Shown here one piece after another: positions 45,115 through 46,418 of a DNA stretch of 46,418 nucleotides; position 1 is the stretch's first letter, and each line of letters begins with the position of its first letter. The position numbers and the translations under genes were made by a program. The stretch lies in NCBI GenBank assembly GCA_003561965.1, contig PWXJ01000317.1, forward strand, positions 1 through 46,418. The letters are read 5' to 3'. This stretch comes from PVC group bacterium (GTDB lineage Bacteria; Auribacterota; Erginobacteria; Erginobacterales; Erginobacteraceae). The notes below the pieces were generated by a model that saw only the letters and a program-made list of their open reading frames with translations, made no database searches and was not told the origin of the DNA.

Positions 45115-45585
45115 ATCACTTGTTCCCTTCCTCCCCTCCTCCTCTGCCTCCGGAGTCGGGGTGACGATCGGCCCGGAACCGGTTTTCTTCCCGGCGCCGG
45201 GTTCTTCCTTCCCGGGCTCCTTTTCCCCGGCCGCCGGTTCCGGGGCGGGAGGTTCCTCCTGCTCTGTCTTTTCTTTCCCCTCCGGGGCCGACTCGGGCTT
45301 ATCCTTCTCCCGGACGAAGTTGAGCTGGAGGTCGGAGACGGTCGAGGCGATCAGCCGCTCTTCCTCTTTGGTCAGGTTGCCCTCGGTCTTGGTCTTGAGC
45401 ATCACCAGGATATCGATGAAGCCCCGGGCCGCGTCGAGGTCGCGCTCGATCTCTCCGGTTGCCGGGTTGGCGATCTTGCCCATACTCGAGTAAGCCGAGG
45501 AGGCGAACATCGAGACCAGGGAGATGAACCGGACCGTATCCATATCCCGCGAAGTGGGCTGGCGGTCTTTCTCTTCCATAATCAA
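45109..45585 (-). CDS. DUF1844 domain-containing protein
   Basis: FISLVSMFASSAYSSMGKIANPATGEIERDLDAARGFIDILVMLKTKTEGNLTKEEERL matches my memory of the DUF1844 consensus. It has an acidic/Pro-rich C-terminal tail. Confidence 0.7.
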   Translation of the reverse strand: MIMEEKDRQPTSRDMDTVRFISLVSMFASSAYSSMGKIANPATGEIERDLDAARGFIDILVMLKTKTEGNLTKEEERLIASTVSDLQLNFVREKDKPESAPEGKEKTEQEEPPAPEPAAGEKEPGKEEPGAGKKTGSGPIVTPTPEAEEEGRKGTSDQ

Positions 45586-45600
45586 TCCTCCTTTCCGTTA

Positions 45601-46418
45601 TCAGTAGCCGGTTTCAGGGGCAGTTAAATCGCCGTCTTCATCACGGTCGTCTTCCCCGATCGCGGGTTCGACGATCGCCACCGCCTGATCTTCCCCGGTA
45701 AAGTACTTCCGGGCGGCCCGGGCGAGATCTTCGTCGGTCAGGCCGGAGATCCGCTCCCGGTAGAGCCGCCAGTTATCGTAACCGAGCCCGTAAAGTTCGT
45801 CGAGGGCCGCGGCGAAGGCCCGCTGGCCCGCGGTCTGCCGACCGAAACTGAACCGTCCCAGGAGCCGGTCGCGGACCCGCTCCAGTTCGCCGGGGAGGAA
45901 CTCACCCCGGCGGGCCCGCTCGGCTTCCGCCCGGAAGGCCTCCAGGACCTCCTCCTCCTGGCCGGGGACGGTCCCGGCGTAAAAGACGAAGGCCCCGGGG
46001 TCGAGCCCCAGGATCTGGTAAGCCCCGACGTAGTAGGCCATCCCGCCTTCAATCCGGACCCGGGCGAAGAGCGGGGAGGCGAGTCCGGAAAAGACCGACC
46101 CGAGGAATTCCAGGGCGTAGCGGTCGGGGTCGCCGACGGCGGCCCCGCCGAACCCCTGGAAGACCACCGACTGGGTGATATCCTCCTTGGCCAGAACCTT
46201 CAACCGCTCCCCGGAAGGCGGGGAGGGGTGGCGGCCGGCCGGTTGGAGCCGTTCCCCGGAGGGCAGGTCCCGGAAGAGGCCGGTGATCACCGCCAGGACT
46301 TCCTCGGGATCGGTATCGCCGTAGACGGCCAGGACCCCGTTGGAGGCGGTCAGGACCCGGTCCCGGAAGGCGGCCAGTTCTTCCCGGGTCAGGCCGGCCA
46401 CCCCCTCGGCCGTCCCCA
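45601..46418 (-). CDS. M16 (pitrilysin/insulinase) family peptidase, C-terminal part (N-terminus beyond the window end)
   Basis: The frame is open to base 46418 upstream of the track's GTG at 46401. It has typical M16 C-terminal domain blocks (LAVYGDTDPEEV, GGMAYYVGAY). Confidence 0.7.
   Translation of the reverse strand, partial: GTAEGVAGLTREELAAFRDRVLTASNGVLAVYGDTDPEEVLAVITGLFRDLPSGERLQPAGRHPSPPSGERLKVLAKEDITQSVVFQGFGGAAVGDPDRYALEFLGSVFSGLASPLFARVRIEGGMAYYVGAYQILGLDPGAFVFYAGTVPGQEEEVLEAFRAEAERARRGEFLPGELERVRDRLLGRFSFGRQTAGQRAFAAALDELYGLGYDNWRLYRERISGLTDEDLARAARKYFTGEDQAVAIVEPAIGEDDRDEDGDLTAPETGY

Noticed and set aside
1-46418. Mobile genetic elements, prophage, toxin-antitoxin or known defence systems.
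   Set aside because: I recognised no transposase, integrase, recombinase, phage structural genes, restriction-modification genes, cas genes or TA-like gene pairs in any frame. The only mobile-looking features are the small non-autonomous repeat elements listed above.

Overview
This is a high-GC, densely coding bacterial window. It probably comes from a diderm organism, since lpxA, an OM beta-barrel, an M48 lipoprotein peptidase and an L,D-transpeptidase are present. About three quarters of the genes are on the minus strand. The ORF track contains many long antisense or alternative-frame ORFs with Gly/Pro/Arg/Asp-rich translations; these are typical GC artefacts and I rejected them.

Real content, in order:
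- 1-9159: a cell-surface glycan cluster with a radical SAM gene (missed by the track), two SAM methyltransferases, an FG-GAP repeat exported protein, two GT2 genes, an SDR, and rfbG-like plus rfbF for CDP-hexose synthesis.
- 9311-11482: nupC and an isolated lpxA.
- 11611-14774: a three-gene operon of deeply diverged tandem paralogs of unknown function. They share a central G-S...DxD motif of the kind seen in Pol-beta-type nucleotidyltransferases. This is my best candidate for an undescribed system.
- 15006-21821: LysM-YkuD transpeptidase, M48 peptidase, and a second glycan set (polyprenyl-phosphate sugar transferase plus three GT4 genes).
- 22005-25135: a PAS/HisKA_2 kinase translationally coupled to a response regulator that carries a C-terminal Cys/His-rich output domain, then thrC.
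- 25238-27492: MORN-like, HEAT-repeat and RsbW-like proteins.
- 27577-30457: a glutathione module (gloB-like, gshB, plant-type gshA).
- 30571-40063: ftsB-like, SSS transporter, DUF218, rlmB, a PotD-like binding protein, an OM barrel, CheY-like receiver, S9 peptidase and an SDR epimerase with a zinc-ribbon insertion.
- 40206-44511: a third sugar set (GT4, GT2, eukaryotic-type UDPGP).
- 44508-46418: a zinc-ribbon protein, DUF1844 and a partial M16 peptidase.

The non-coding space is unusual. A dispersed family of heptanucleotide tandem repeats, (CAGTRAG)n and (GGGGAAT)n, sits at gene boundaries and supplies several stop codons. There are also two other long inverted-repeat elements built from short tandem motifs. 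I found no rRNA, complete tRNA, CRISPR array, transposase or integrase.
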